Assembly (NCBI GenBank): GCA_963786955.1
Contig: CAWBAT010000008.1
Span: 416,001 to 480,000 of the forward strand
From: an uncultured Acidimicrobiia bacterium
Lineage (GTDB): Bacteria > Acidobacteriota > Terriglobia > Versatilivoradales > Versatilivoraceae
DNA: 64,000 nt
Direction: 5' to 3'
The notes under the pieces: model-generated
The model's input: only the letters and a program-made list of their open reading frames with translations
The model's database searches: none
What the model was told of the DNA's origin: nothing
Shown: positions 1 to 10,505 of the stretch, piece after piece
Layout: the number at the start of each line of letters is the position of its first letter
Numbering within the stretch: position 1 is the first letter of the stretch
Translations under genes and position numbers: made by a program

Positions 1-51
1 TACTTAGACTGTCGTTTTGATCCGCCTTGAAGAGTCATTCCGTCCCCCATA

Positions 52-339
52 ATGGCAAACCCTGTTCCTCTATCCACGGTCGAGGTGCAAACGCGAGTCC
101 TGACGATACTTCGTCAACTCCTCGTTGAGCTGGGCGCTCAACACGCACTGCGACACCTTTCTGTAAACTCTGAATTAGACCGGGAATTGGGTTTGGGAAG
201 CCTGGAACGTCTGGAATTACTTGAACGGCTGGGAAATGAGTTCTCGACTCGTTTACCAGACGAAGCTTATAAGGATGCCAGGACCCCTGCCGATTTGGCA
301 GCATTTTTAGTCAAGACCGTAGTTAGAATGAGGGAATGA
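52..339 (+). CDS. Acyl carrier protein (phosphopantetheine-binding); may be the N-terminal domain of the downstream ligase
   Basis: 95 aa with ELDRELGLGSLERLELL, matching the ACP (D/G)SL serine motif; stop overlaps the next ATG (ATGA). Confidence 0.8.
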   Translation: MANPVPLSTVEVQTRVLTILRQLLVELGAQHALRHLSVNSELDRELGLGSLERLELLERLGNEFSTRLPDEAYKDARTPADLAAFLVKTVVRMRE

Positions 340-3008
340 TTCCCTCAGCCCTTGATTTAAAACAGCAGGGAACTCTTGCAATGCTTACTGGACAAAGCGA
401 GCCTTTGTCTTCAGACCTAAAACCGATTGACCGGCAATTTGATCCAGCACAATTTCACACACTGGGTGAGGTGTTAGCCGGATATGCTGCAGTCGATCCC
501 CACCGGGTCCACGTTCAACTCTATCTTGAGGACGACTCCATCAGACCGGTGACGTATGGGCAGCTTCTATCCGGGGCGATGACGGTTGCCGGGAAACTAA
601 TGGATCGTGGTCTAAAGCCCGGGCAGACCGTAGCTATCATGCTTCCTACCGGTTCGGATTTTTTCTTTTCCTTTTTCGGGACGCTGCTTGCCGGCTGCAT
701 TCCAGTTCCCATTTATCCGCCCTTCCGGGTTGACCGTTTGGAAGAATACGCCGGGCGTCAATCCCGGAGCCTCGTAAACGCCGGGGTTCGTCTCTTGATC
801 ACCTTCCGCCGGGCAGAAAAGCTGGCGAGGTTGCTGCAGCCTACGGTCCCCTCTCTTTCTGCTGTAGTGAATGTGGATGAATTTGGATTGGATGGAGCGG
901 GGAAACTGCCGCTGCCCCCTGGTCCTCTTGAAGTCGACGGTTGGCGTCCTGCGCGGGCCGAAGACATCGCCTTAATCCAATACACTTCCGGGAGTACTGG
1001 AGACCCTAAAGGGGTTGTTCTAACGCAGGGCAATGTGATGGCCAACATTCGGGCGATCGGCGCCGGGCTCGAGATTCAATCAACAGACAAAGCGGTCAGC
1101 TGGCTGCCGCTTTACCACGATATGGGGCTCATTGGCTCCTGGCTGGCTGCGTTGTACTTTGGCGTTCCCATTGCCATCCTGTCTCCTCTCGCTTTCTTGA
1201 GCCGCCCGGAACGCTGGCTGTGGGCTATTCATCACCATCGGGCTACCATTTCAGCGGCGCCGAATTTTGCTTATGAACTTTGCACGCGCCGGATTGACGA
1301 GAGTGCCCTCGAAGGATTAGATCTAAGCTGTTGGCGTGCGGCATTAAATGGCGCTGAACCCGTGAGTCCCGACACCCTCGGGCGATTTACAGAACGATTT
1401 AAGCGTTATCGGGTTTTCACCGAATGCTTTTTTGCCTGTTTATGGGCTTGCGGAATCATCCGTTGCATTGAGCTTCCCAGCACCGGGCAGCACGCCTCGG
1501 GTCACCCGCATCGAGAGAAAACGATTTCAGCAAGAAGGGATTGCTCAATCCTGCTGAACCTTCTGATCAATCCGCACTCCGTTTTGTCTCCGTAGGGAGA
1601 GCCCTGCCTGGACACGAGATCCGAATCGTGGATGGAGAGGGTCGACAATTGGACGAGAGGATTCAAGGACAGATTCAGTTCCGTGGCCCCTCGACCATGC
1701 AGGGCTATTTTATGAACCGGGAAGCGACCCAGGCTGTGTTCCAGGGAGATTGGGTCAGAACCGGCGATTTGGGCTATATCGCTGATGGAGAACTTTATGT
1801 GACAGGGCGCAGTAAGGATCTGATCATCAAAGGCGGCCGAAACCTCTACCCTCAGGAAATCGAGGAGCTGTCAGCTGCCGTTCCCGGAGTGCGGCGTGGA
1901 TGTGTTGCTGCCTTTGGCACAAAAGATGAGGTTCTGGGGACGGAACGATTGGTCATCGTGGCAGAGACCCGGGAGCAAGATTCTCTCCGAAAAGATGATC
2001 TTGCCTCCGCAATCGTCGCCAAGATCGACATTGAATTAGGTGTTCCTCCGGATCTGGTTGTTCTTGTCCCGCCACAGACCGTTCCCAAGACGTCTAGCGG
2101 AAAAATCCGGCGGGACGCCTGCAAATTGATGTTCTTCAATAGCCAGCTGACGAACAAGTCATCTCCCGTTTGGTGGCAGCTTGTCCGAATGACACTCCAG
2201 AACTGGACTCGGCGGGCTGGCCTGGGATTTCGGCGTCTCGCAAATGTCGATATTTGGCATCTATGCATGATCTGGTTTTGATCACATTCCTACTGTCGTG
2301 CTGGGTCATGCTAGTGCCGATCCGGACATACCCCAGGTCGAGGTTTCCTCGAAAAGCGCTGCGTTGGACGTGCCGCCTTGTTCTGCGGCTCGCGGGACTC
2401 TCCCCCAAGGTAGAAGAGGCGGAACACTTGGCTTCGGCAATCCGCCAATGTCGAGAACAACAATGTACTTTCCTCGTGGCTTCAAACCATGCCAGCTTCC
2501 TCGACGCGTTGATCGTGAGTTCCGTATGTCCGGCTGAAATTGGTTACGTGGCAAAACTGGAGGCGGCTTCCTGGCCCCTGGTCGGAAGAGTCATTCGAAA
2601 ATGTGGTTTTGTGCTGATTGACAGGAATGAAGTCTCCAAGGCCGTTTCGGACGGAGAACAAATCTCTCTTCAACTCAAGGAAGGGATGCCAATCCATGTG
2701 TTTCCTGAAGGAACCTTTACTCGGGAATCCGGCTTGCGGCCATTTCAGATGGGGGTATTTAAATCAGCGGTTGAAACCGGGTCCCCCATACTTCCTCTTT
2801 CGCTTAGGGGAACGCGTGCTGTGTTTCGGGATGGGACCTTGTTCCCCGACCCGGTTCCGTTGAAGCCGTTTTTGGCCCTCTGATCTGGCCACAGGGAAAA
2901 GGTTGGCCGGAAATGGTCCGACTGCGAGATGAGGTCAGAAAAGAGATCCTCAAGCATTGCGGAGAACAGTCGCTCGAAATCATCCTCGCGGGACCTCCAC
3001 GTGAATAA
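336..3008 (+). CDS. Fatty acyl-AMP ligase fused to a PlsC-type acyltransferase, split by several frameshifts
   Basis: AMP-binding motifs IQYTSGSTGDPKG, SWLPLYHDMGLIG, RTGDLG and PKTSSGK. The YGLAE motif appears in a shifted frame after an extra base at about 1410, and there is a second shift near 1545. Acyltransferase motifs NHASFLD and FPEGT lie in 2170..2883; the C-terminus ends in another frame at TAA 3006-3008. Confidence 0.8.
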
Positions 3009-3014
3009 AGCTCG

Positions 3015-3776
3015 ATGAAAGAAGCCGTCGTGGGAGGGTGGTCCCCTCCGCGCAATCCCCTCGAATCCGACTTGGCCGACTGGCTCCAAGCCAAAGGTCT
3101 CCCGGGCGAACTAGCCTCCGGACTTGTAGATGCCCAGGTTACTGCCGAGAAGATCCAACCCCTTACTTCACTTATCTCCACTGAAGTCCTCACGCTGGGA
3201 CTCCGCCTCCTGGTTGCCGACTTCGAGATTCTCTGCCTCACACGCGAGTTGGAAGAGGCCTCGCGCCGCATGTCCGATCTGGTGCAAGCCGTTAAATCTT
3301 ACTCCTATATGGACCAGAGCTCCGTCGCCGAAGTGGATATCGAACAGGGTATCGATGTGACGTTGCGCATGTTTCAACACCAGCTCAAGCATGGCATAAA
3401 GGTATCGCGTCAATTTGCTCAAAACCTGCCACGTGTCCGTGCCAATGGCAGTGCCCTGAACCAGATTTGGACCAATATCATCGACAATGCGATCCATGCG
3501 ATGGGAAGTCTACCACCGGGCCAGCCTAAACTGCTCCGCATCAGAACCTGCGTTGAGCCTGACGGAATTTTGGTCGAAATCGTGGATAATGGAACGGGTA
3601 TTGCGGCCGACGTGCAGAGCCGTATTTTCGATCCGTTCTTCACTACCAAGCCCGTGGGCGAAGGCACCGGACTTGGACTCGATATCGTGCAACGCATCAT
3701 CCGGAACCATAAAGGATCGATCCGCGTTGAGTCAGCCCCTGGCCGTACCGTATTTCAAGTGCGCCTGCCTCTCTAG
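3015..3776 (+). pseudogene. 5'-truncated sensor histidine kinase (HATPase_c domain only)
   Basis: N, G1, F and G2 boxes are present (NQIWTNIIDNAI, DNGTGI, FDPFFTTK, GTGLGL) but there is no H-box or sensor domain. Confidence 0.6.
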
Positions 3777-4488
3777 AAGCGACAACCTGGGACAACGGTT
3801 TCGACCATTCCTCAATTTCTGGAAAGCTCCGACATACGGAATCCAAACCGCGTCCGGGTTATGACAGTGACCTTCAACTCGATTGACAAACCAAGCAATC
3901 CGACCCCACGCAGTTCTTGGATACAGCACACCAGAAACACATTCGATTTCGTGGTCCGGTGTGGCCACTCAAGTAGTGTCTGCACTCAACGGCGACGAGA
4001 GATTCATTGGTTAAGAATAGCTCCGCGTCAACGGTTCCAGTGATATCGGCCAGCAGGCGAGTCCAGCCTATTCCAATCCATCCACTCTCAAATGAGTAAT
4101 CGAGTTGAAATCGCAGGCGATGTTGGAGGATGAGAAAAGGTCATTTGAGGAAGTATAGGGAGGGTGTAAGCTATGGAATGTCAATTTGTTCGAGTTTTTT
4201 GACCACAGGGGTTTCTCTAGAAAAGCAGTGACGAGTGCAGGAGATACCTTCGTAAAGATTGTAAGAGCCCTTGGTTGTGATCCAGACCCCAAAGCTTTCT
4301 CTGCATTAAAGAATCTTCTTTCACATTAGCTTTTTGATAATATTCATACGCTAGTCCTTCTTGCCCTTAGTACAGTCGGTATCAACATGGCAACTCCCGC
4401 CCTTAAGGCCTACCACTTCTTCAGTCTCCTAACCACGGCGCAGAATCAACTTCCCAAATTCGTTTGAATTCGAGGAGGTACCACACCT

Positions 4489-5784
4489 TTGAAACTGAGT
4501 TTATTTTTTGGCAGTTATTTGCTTCTAAGCTTACTGACAGCCCCTCTCACCCTCGCATCCGATTTTCCATCTGAGATTAGCTTGTCGCAGGCAATTGAAC
4601 GTGCCTTGGCCGACCACCCTGCATTAAAGGGTTCTCAAGCCAGAATTTCTGGTGCCGCGGGACTCCAGCGGCAGGCGGAGTTGCGCCCCAATCCTCTTTT
4701 TACCTTGCAATCTGAGAATTGGCGTTTCACCGGAGAGCCCCCCTTTAATGCGGGCAACGATCTTGACGTCTTCGCGTTTCTCTCTCAACCGATTGAAACT
4801 GCTGGAAAGCGAAATCGTCGCATGGCCCTCACGGCTTTGGAACGGGAAGGAGCAGAACTGGAGGGAGATGTTTTGCGATGGGCTATCCGAAATCGTGTCA
4901 AGCTGGCATTCCTTAGAGCCCTCTCCTCGCAAAAGCAACTCGAGTTAATCTCCGAAAATAGCCGCAATTTTCAGCAGATCATTGATTATCATCGCATTCG
5001 TGTCGAACAGGGCGCCATGGCTGAAGCCGATCTCATCAAAGTCTGGCTGGAAGGGGAACGGTTGACGCTCGCAGAGAATTCTACGGCCATCGAAGCCGAA
5101 CGAACGCGGCTGGACCTGGTCAGGGCGATGGGGGCAGCGGCTCCTTCGACCCCTTTTAGGCTCATCGAAAGCCCTCCGGGTCCTGTTTCAGTCAACTTTA
5201 CAACGGGACAACAAATCGTCGAGCAGGCTTTATCCAAGCGGCCGGAGGTTTTACTTGGCCAAGCAGCCATTCGACGCAGCCAAGCGAATGTGGGACTGCA
5301 ACAGTCTTTGGCGCGGCCGGACTGGGCTGCCATCATGGGGTACAAGCGAAATTCGGGTTTCAATACTCTGATGGCTGGGGTGGCGGTTCCGCTCCCATTC
5401 TTCAATCGCAACCAAGGGAACGTGGCAACCAGCAGGAGTGAAGTGGAACAGTCCGAGGCTGCGTTGCAGGAAATTATTGTCCAGGTAAAATCCGACATAG
5501 CCGCCGCCCTTTCAGGAGTGCGCCGACGCCATGGCATGCTCGCTCAAATGGAAAAAGGAATGTTAGAACGGGCTGAGCAATCTCTTCGGATCGCTCTTGC
5601 GGCCTACCAAGAGGGTGGCACCGACCTTTTGAGGCTCTTAGACGCACAACGTTCCCGCAATGAAGTGCGCCTTCTTTACACTCGAACTCAAATGGATTAC
5701 CGCATCAGCTTGGCTGATTTGGAATATGCTGCTGGAGAAGAGAATTTGGCTCTTGGAGCGGAGGTCTTGGGTGCGAATCCGTAA
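4489..5784 (+). CDS. TolC/CzcC-family outer membrane efflux protein
   Basis: Signal peptide, PIETAGKR and PLPFFNRNQG motifs; GAGGAGG RBS before the TTG start; first gene of an RND operon. Confidence 0.88.
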   Translation: MKLSLFFGSYLLLSLLTAPLTLASDFPSEISLSQAIERALADHPALKGSQARISGAAGLQRQAELRPNPLFTLQSENWRFTGEPPFNAGNDLDVFAFLSQPIETAGKRNRRMALTALEREGAELEGDVLRWAIRNRVKLAFLRALSSQKQLELISENSRNFQQIIDYHRIRVEQGAMAEADLIKVWLEGERLTLAENSTAIEAERTRLDLVRAMGAAAPSTPFRLIESPPGPVSVNFTTGQQIVEQALSKRPEVLLGQAAIRRSQANVGLQQSLARPDWAAIMGYKRNSGFNTLMAGVAVPLPFFNRNQGNVATSRSEVEQSEAALQEIIVQVKSDIAAALSGVRRRHGMLAQMEKGMLERAEQSLRIALAAYQEGGTDLLRLLDAQRSRNEVRLLYTRTQMDYRISLADLEYAAGEENLALGAEVLGANP

Positions 5785-7018
5785 ATTGACGCGGGAGAAT
5801 ATCATTCGGTTGGCCCTACTGCTGACTTTGGCGCATTGCTCTTGCTCCACTCGTGAGCCCGAAGTCAACGCACCCGCAACACCGGGCAAGACGGAGAACA
5901 ATATCGTCACACTTCATCCGTCCGCGCTCCAGGAGAGTCACCTCGTCATTGATGAAGCAAGAATCGGACGACTCCCCGAAATCCTTGTCGTCACTGGCAA
6001 GATCGGAGTCGATGAGAACCGGACTGCCCGTGTCGGAGCCATCGCCAATGGCCGTGTTGCCAATGTTTTGGCCAACGTGGGAGAACACGTAAAAGAAGGC
6101 CAGCGTCTCGCAGAGCTCAACAGCCATGAGATCCATGACACTCGAAGTGAGTACGCGAAAGCTGGTGCAGAGCTAGACAGGCGCCAAGGTGAGCTTCAAT
6201 ATGCGCGCACTGTCAGAGACCGGGCTGCCCGGCTCTATGAATTGAAAGCAGGATCTCTGGAACAACTTCAGCGGGCGGACGCAGATCTCCGAAACGCCGA
6301 AATGGCCATCACTTCTGCCAAGGCAGAGATTGGACGGATTATCGAACACTTGGATCACCTCGGATTGTCCGCTGAAGGAGCTATGGAGGAATACGCTAAT
6401 TTCGGGGAGAAACCAGGAAAGAGGTTTGAGCAGAATGAATTGATTCCTGTTGAATCCCCGATCTCCGGAACAATTCTTAAACGGCTGGTCAGCACGGGGA
6501 CAGTAGTGACTCCTGCCAGCGACCTTTTCGTGATCAGTGACCTCAGTTCACTTTGGGTCAATGCGGAAGTTCCCGAGAAGTATCTTGGATTCCTGAAAGT
6601 GGGACAAACTGTTCAAATTAAAGTTCAGGCCTACGCAGAGGAAATCTTTTTCGCGCGGATTACCCAAATTGGTGATGTGCTTGACCCAGACACTCGAATG
6701 GTGCAGGTGCGCTGCCAAACCAATAGCTCCGGGCAACGACTGAAACCGGAGATGTATGCCAGTATCCGATTCGAATTCGAGCCGGGGGTTGAAGGGATCG
6801 TGGTGCCTTCCGCGGCCATTCACGAAGTGAGAGGCTCGCCGGTGGTATTTACTCCTACGAGTGAAACTCAGTTCCGCCTGCGCCAGGTCCGCCTCGGACG
6901 CCAGACAGGGAACCTGGTGGAAATCATCGAGGGGCTGAAGCCGGGAGAGAAAGTCGTTACGACCGGGAGCTTTCGGCTGAAGTCGGAAGTACTGAAACGC
7001 GAGATGGCTGGAGAATAA
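5771..7018 (+). CDS. RND efflux periplasmic adaptor (CzcB-like)
   Basis: SPISGTI, DPDTR, LKPEMY and GLKPGEKVV motifs; probable GTG start at 5771 with a lipoprotein-like signal. Confidence 0.88.
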   Translation: MRIRKLTRENIIRLALLLTLAHCSCSTREPEVNAPATPGKTENNIVTLHPSALQESHLVIDEARIGRLPEILVVTGKIGVDENRTARVGAIANGRVANVLANVGEHVKEGQRLAELNSHEIHDTRSEYAKAGAELDRRQGELQYARTVRDRAARLYELKAGSLEQLQRADADLRNAEMAITSAKAEIGRIIEHLDHLGLSAEGAMEEYANFGEKPGKRFEQNELIPVESPISGTILKRLVSTGTVVTPASDLFVISDLSSLWVNAEVPEKYLGFLKVGQTVQIKVQAYAEEIFFARITQIGDVLDPDTRMVQVRCQTNSSGQRLKPEMYASIRFEFEPGVEGIVVPSAAIHEVRGSPVVFTPTSETQFRLRQVRLGRQTGNLVEIIEGLKPGEKVVTTGSFRLKSEVLKREMAGE

Positions 7019-7224
7019 TCATCGATGGTGATCATTGCCTTGGGATTAATCGGAAACTCAAGGATTGGATTTTTCACCTGAGAGGACAAGCAGGGCAAGA
7101 ACAAAACCGAACTGATTGGAGGACAATGTTCATTATTTATCATTCACTCTTTTTGGGAAAAACCCCACCAATGCCAGCGAACTTTAAAGGATAAAATATG
7201 AAATTTACTGCCTGACCATCCCAC

Positions 7225-10200
7225 ATGTTCCTTCATAAGCTGATTGACTTTCATCTTCATCATCGATTCTTCGTGTTGACCGGCCTGGGAGGGCTGATTA
7301 TCGCAGGGACCTACGCCTTGACGCAGATCCCCATCGACGCTTTCCCCGACTTAACGAACAATCAGGTGGTCGTTATTACGGAAGCTCCGGGAATGGCCCC
7401 CGACGAAGTTGAGCAGCTTGTCACTTTTCCGATTGAGACCGCCATGATGGGACTACCTCATACGGAAACAGTCCGTTCGATTTCCAAACTCGGACTTTCG
7501 ATCGTTTCCATCGTGTTTGAGGATCGGGTTAATCTCTACCTAGCCCGGCAACTGGTCGGAGAAAGGCTATCGGAGGCGAAAGTCAGGATCCCTTCAGGTC
7601 TGGAACCGGCACTGGGCCCTGTAGCGACTGCCTTTGGAGAAATCTACCAATACACTCTCGAGGGCGGAGGCCTGTCGCTCATGGATCTGAAGACGCTCCA
7701 TGAATGGCAGCTCAAATACCAACTGCGTGCGGTCCGCGGTGTGAATGAAATTAATACCTGGGGCGGACTCACTCGCCAGATTCATGTCATTGCCGATCCG
7801 GCGCGGCTGCAAAGTTACGGACTGACGCTGCGCGAGGTATATGAGCGAATTCGTGAGAATAATGACAACTTTGGGGGTGGGTTCATCGAACATGCCTCCG
7901 AACAGTTTACCGTCAGAGGACTGGGGAGGGTTCGGAATCCTCAGGAACTGGAACAGATCGTCATTTCCAGTCATGCTGGCACACCTGTTTACCTGCGGGA
8001 TATCGCCGAAGTTCGAACCGGCGCTATGGCGCGCCAGGGTGCAGTCACCCGTGACGCCGAAGGCGAGACGGTTTCCGGAATGGTGATCATGTTGAAAGGG
8101 GAAAACGGGAAACAGGTCAGTCAGCGCGTTAAAACAGCTTTCAACCAGATCGAAAAAACGCTGCCGCCTGGAGTTAAGATTATTCCCTTTTATGATCAGT
8201 CCGAGGTCATTGACCGGACGATTCGCACAGTGCGCAATAATCTCCTGGAGGGAGGCGCACTGGTCATTGCCGTGCTTTTTCTATTCCTGGGCAATATTCG
8301 CGGCGCCGTCATTGTGGCTGCCGTCATTCCCCTTTCCATGTTGGTCAGTTTTATTGGCATGCAGTTATTCGGGATCTCCGCCAACCTGATGAGCTTGGGC
8401 GCCATTGATTTTGGGTTGATCGTCGATGGGGCCGTCGTCATGATGGAAAATTTCGTGCGCCGTTTACACCTGATGAATCCCCAATCCCCGCTGTCCGCCC
8501 GCGAGGAGATCCGGATGGCAGCTCATGAGGTCGCCCGTCCCATTGTTTTTGGAATCGCGATCATTATCGCTGTTTACCTACCGATCTTCACGCTGGAAGG
8601 CTTAGAAGGCAGGATGTTCCGGCCCATGGCGGTTACTGTGTGTTCCGCCTTACTAGGATCTCTGATCCTTGCTCTGACTGTAGTGCCCGCAGCCGCCTCC
8701 ACAGTCTTTCGCAAACCGCTTCCAGCCCACCGGGAACGGTTGTTTCATTTCATACGGGAGAATTATATTCGCTTGCTCACCGTTGTGTTAAACCACCGTG
8801 GCTGGGTTTTGATTTCCGCAGCCGCAGCTGTTTCACTGTCATTAGGCTCACTAGCTTTCATTGGGACAGAATTCATGCCCCGATTGGACGAAGGTTCCTT
8901 GTTGATTGAAACCCGCAAGTTGCCCAGTATCTCCCTCACCGAATCCATTGCGTTGAGCTCAGAAATCGAGCGCGTCTTGAGGAAGTTTCCGGAAGTCGAA
9001 CGCGTCGTAACCAAGATCGGTCGTCCGGACTTAGCCACGGAGGCCATGGGAATTTATCAAGGGGACGTTTATGTCCGGTTGAAGCCCTACTCCGAGTGGA
9101 CAACTGTTCGACATAAAGATGAACTGATTAAAGTGCTTTCTAAGGAACTGGAGAATATTCCGGGAGTCGTCTACAACTTCACACAGCCCATGGCTATGCG
9201 CCTCGATGAGGTCGTTTCGGGCGTTAAAGCAGATCTGGCCGTCAAGATCTTTGGTGAAGACGAGCGAGTCCTGGACCAAAAGGCCGATCAAGTGTTGCAG
9301 ATTCTCTCGCGGCTTCGAGGTTCGGCAGACGTGCAGAAAGAACTCTTCACGGGAGCTGCGGAGTGGCGAATTGACATTAATCGCCCTGAGTTGGCCCGCT
9401 ATGGTCTAAACGTTTCCAACGTCAGAGAGTTGACCGAAACGGCGGTAGGCGGACATTGGGTGACTGAGCTGATCGAAGGGCAGAGGCGATTTGCGATCAT
9501 CTTGCGGTTGCCTGAGGGTTTTCGCCGCGATCGCGAATCACTTGCCAGTTTGCAGCTGAAGGCTCCAGGAGGAGAAATGGTTCCCTTGGGTCAAGTGGCC
9601 AGCATAAAGCAAACGCAGGCTCCAGAGATCATTAATCGCGAGGATAGTCAGCGCCGCATTGTGGTTCAATCCAACGTCAGGGGACGTGACCTTGGAAGTT
9701 TTGTGGCCGAGGCAAAACAGTTGATTGAGACCCAGGTTCCACTTCCCCCAGGATATTTTTATCGCTGGGGTGGGCAATTCGAGAATCAGGAACGCGCCAT
9801 GATGCGGCTGGCAATCGTTGTCCCGGTGGCGATCCTCATCATTTTCGCCTTGCTGTTCTCTACCTTTGACTCAGTGAAACAGGCGCTGCTGATTCTATTG
9901 AACGTCCCATTTGCGGCAGTCGGAGGGATTGCAGCGCTTTGGCTGAGGGGAATGAATCTCAATCTTTCGGCTGCGGTTGGGTTCATTGCCTTATTCGGAG
10001 TCGCTGTCTTGAACGGGGTTGTCATGGTGGCTTATTTTAATCGCCTGCTCGAGGAAGGAAGAGGGATGAGGGCTGCCATCCTCGAGGGAGCCGCTGTTCG
10101 TCTGCGTCCGGTGTTGATGACGGCATTGGTCGCGAGTTTAGGATTCGTTCCGATGGCTGTCGCGACATCGGCTGGAGCTGAAGTTCAGCGGCCGCTCGCT

Positions 10201-10293
10201 ACTGTGGTCATCGGCGGGTTACTGACCTCCACTTTGCTGACTCTTTTAGTGCTGCCAGCGTTGTTTTCTCTCTGGGGTGATAAACGGGAATAA
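7225..10293 (+). CDS. CusA/CzcA-family heavy-metal RND efflux transporter
   Basis: 1022 aa; IDAFPDL, SLGAIDFGLIVDGAVVMMEN, RLRPVLMTA and AEVQRPLATVVIGG motifs. Confidence 0.93.
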   Translation: MFLHKLIDFHLHHRFFVLTGLGGLIIAGTYALTQIPIDAFPDLTNNQVVVITEAPGMAPDEVEQLVTFPIETAMMGLPHTETVRSISKLGLSIVSIVFEDRVNLYLARQLVGERLSEAKVRIPSGLEPALGPVATAFGEIYQYTLEGGGLSLMDLKTLHEWQLKYQLRAVRGVNEINTWGGLTRQIHVIADPARLQSYGLTLREVYERIRENNDNFGGGFIEHASEQFTVRGLGRVRNPQELEQIVISSHAGTPVYLRDIAEVRTGAMARQGAVTRDAEGETVSGMVIMLKGENGKQVSQRVKTAFNQIEKTLPPGVKIIPFYDQSEVIDRTIRTVRNNLLEGGALVIAVLFLFLGNIRGAVIVAAVIPLSMLVSFIGMQLFGISANLMSLGAIDFGLIVDGAVVMMENFVRRLHLMNPQSPLSAREEIRMAAHEVARPIVFGIAIIIAVYLPIFTLEGLEGRMFRPMAVTVCSALLGSLILALTVVPAAASTVFRKPLPAHRERLFHFIRENYIRLLTVVLNHRGWVLISAAAAVSLSLGSLAFIGTEFMPRLDEGSLLIETRKLPSISLTESIALSSEIERVLRKFPEVERVVTKIGRPDLATEAMGIYQGDVYVRLKPYSEWTTVRHKDELIKVLSKELENIPGVVYNFTQPMAMRLDEVVSGVKADLAVKIFGEDERVLDQKADQVLQILSRLRGSADVQKELFTGAAEWRIDINRPELARYGLNVSNVRELTETAVGGHWVTELIEGQRRFAIILRLPEGFRRDRESLASLQLKAPGGEMVPLGQVASIKQTQAPEIINREDSQRRIVVQSNVRGRDLGSFVAEAKQLIETQVPLPPGYFYRWGGQFENQERAMMRLAIVVPVAILIIFALLFSTFDSVKQALLILLNVPFAAVGGIAALWLRGMNLNLSAAVGFIALFGVAVLNGVVMVAYFNRLLEEGRGMRAAILEGAAVRLRPVLMTALVASLGFVPMAVATSAGAEVQRPLATVVIGGLLTSTLLTLLVLPALFSLWGDKRE

Positions 10294-10505
10294 AGGAATA
10301 GTCTCCGTGCAGGCTGCCGTGTCCTTGCGGATCGGTCATATGGATGGGCAGCGGCAGTCCGGTGCCTTTGGCGGCCAACACCCGTACCAGCCCTTGGAAT
10401 CAGTCTCACCAATCGTTGGGATCCGCTCATTTTCTGAGGGATGCCATAAGGATCATACTTAAATCCCCAATTGATTTCATACTTACCTGGTCGAGAGAGG
10501 TAATC

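Noticed and set aside
5660-10505. Upstream starts in the ORF track (5660 for the adaptor, 10344 for GH116)
   Set aside because: They create a long overlap or lack an RBS; signal peptides fit starts at 5771 and 10506.
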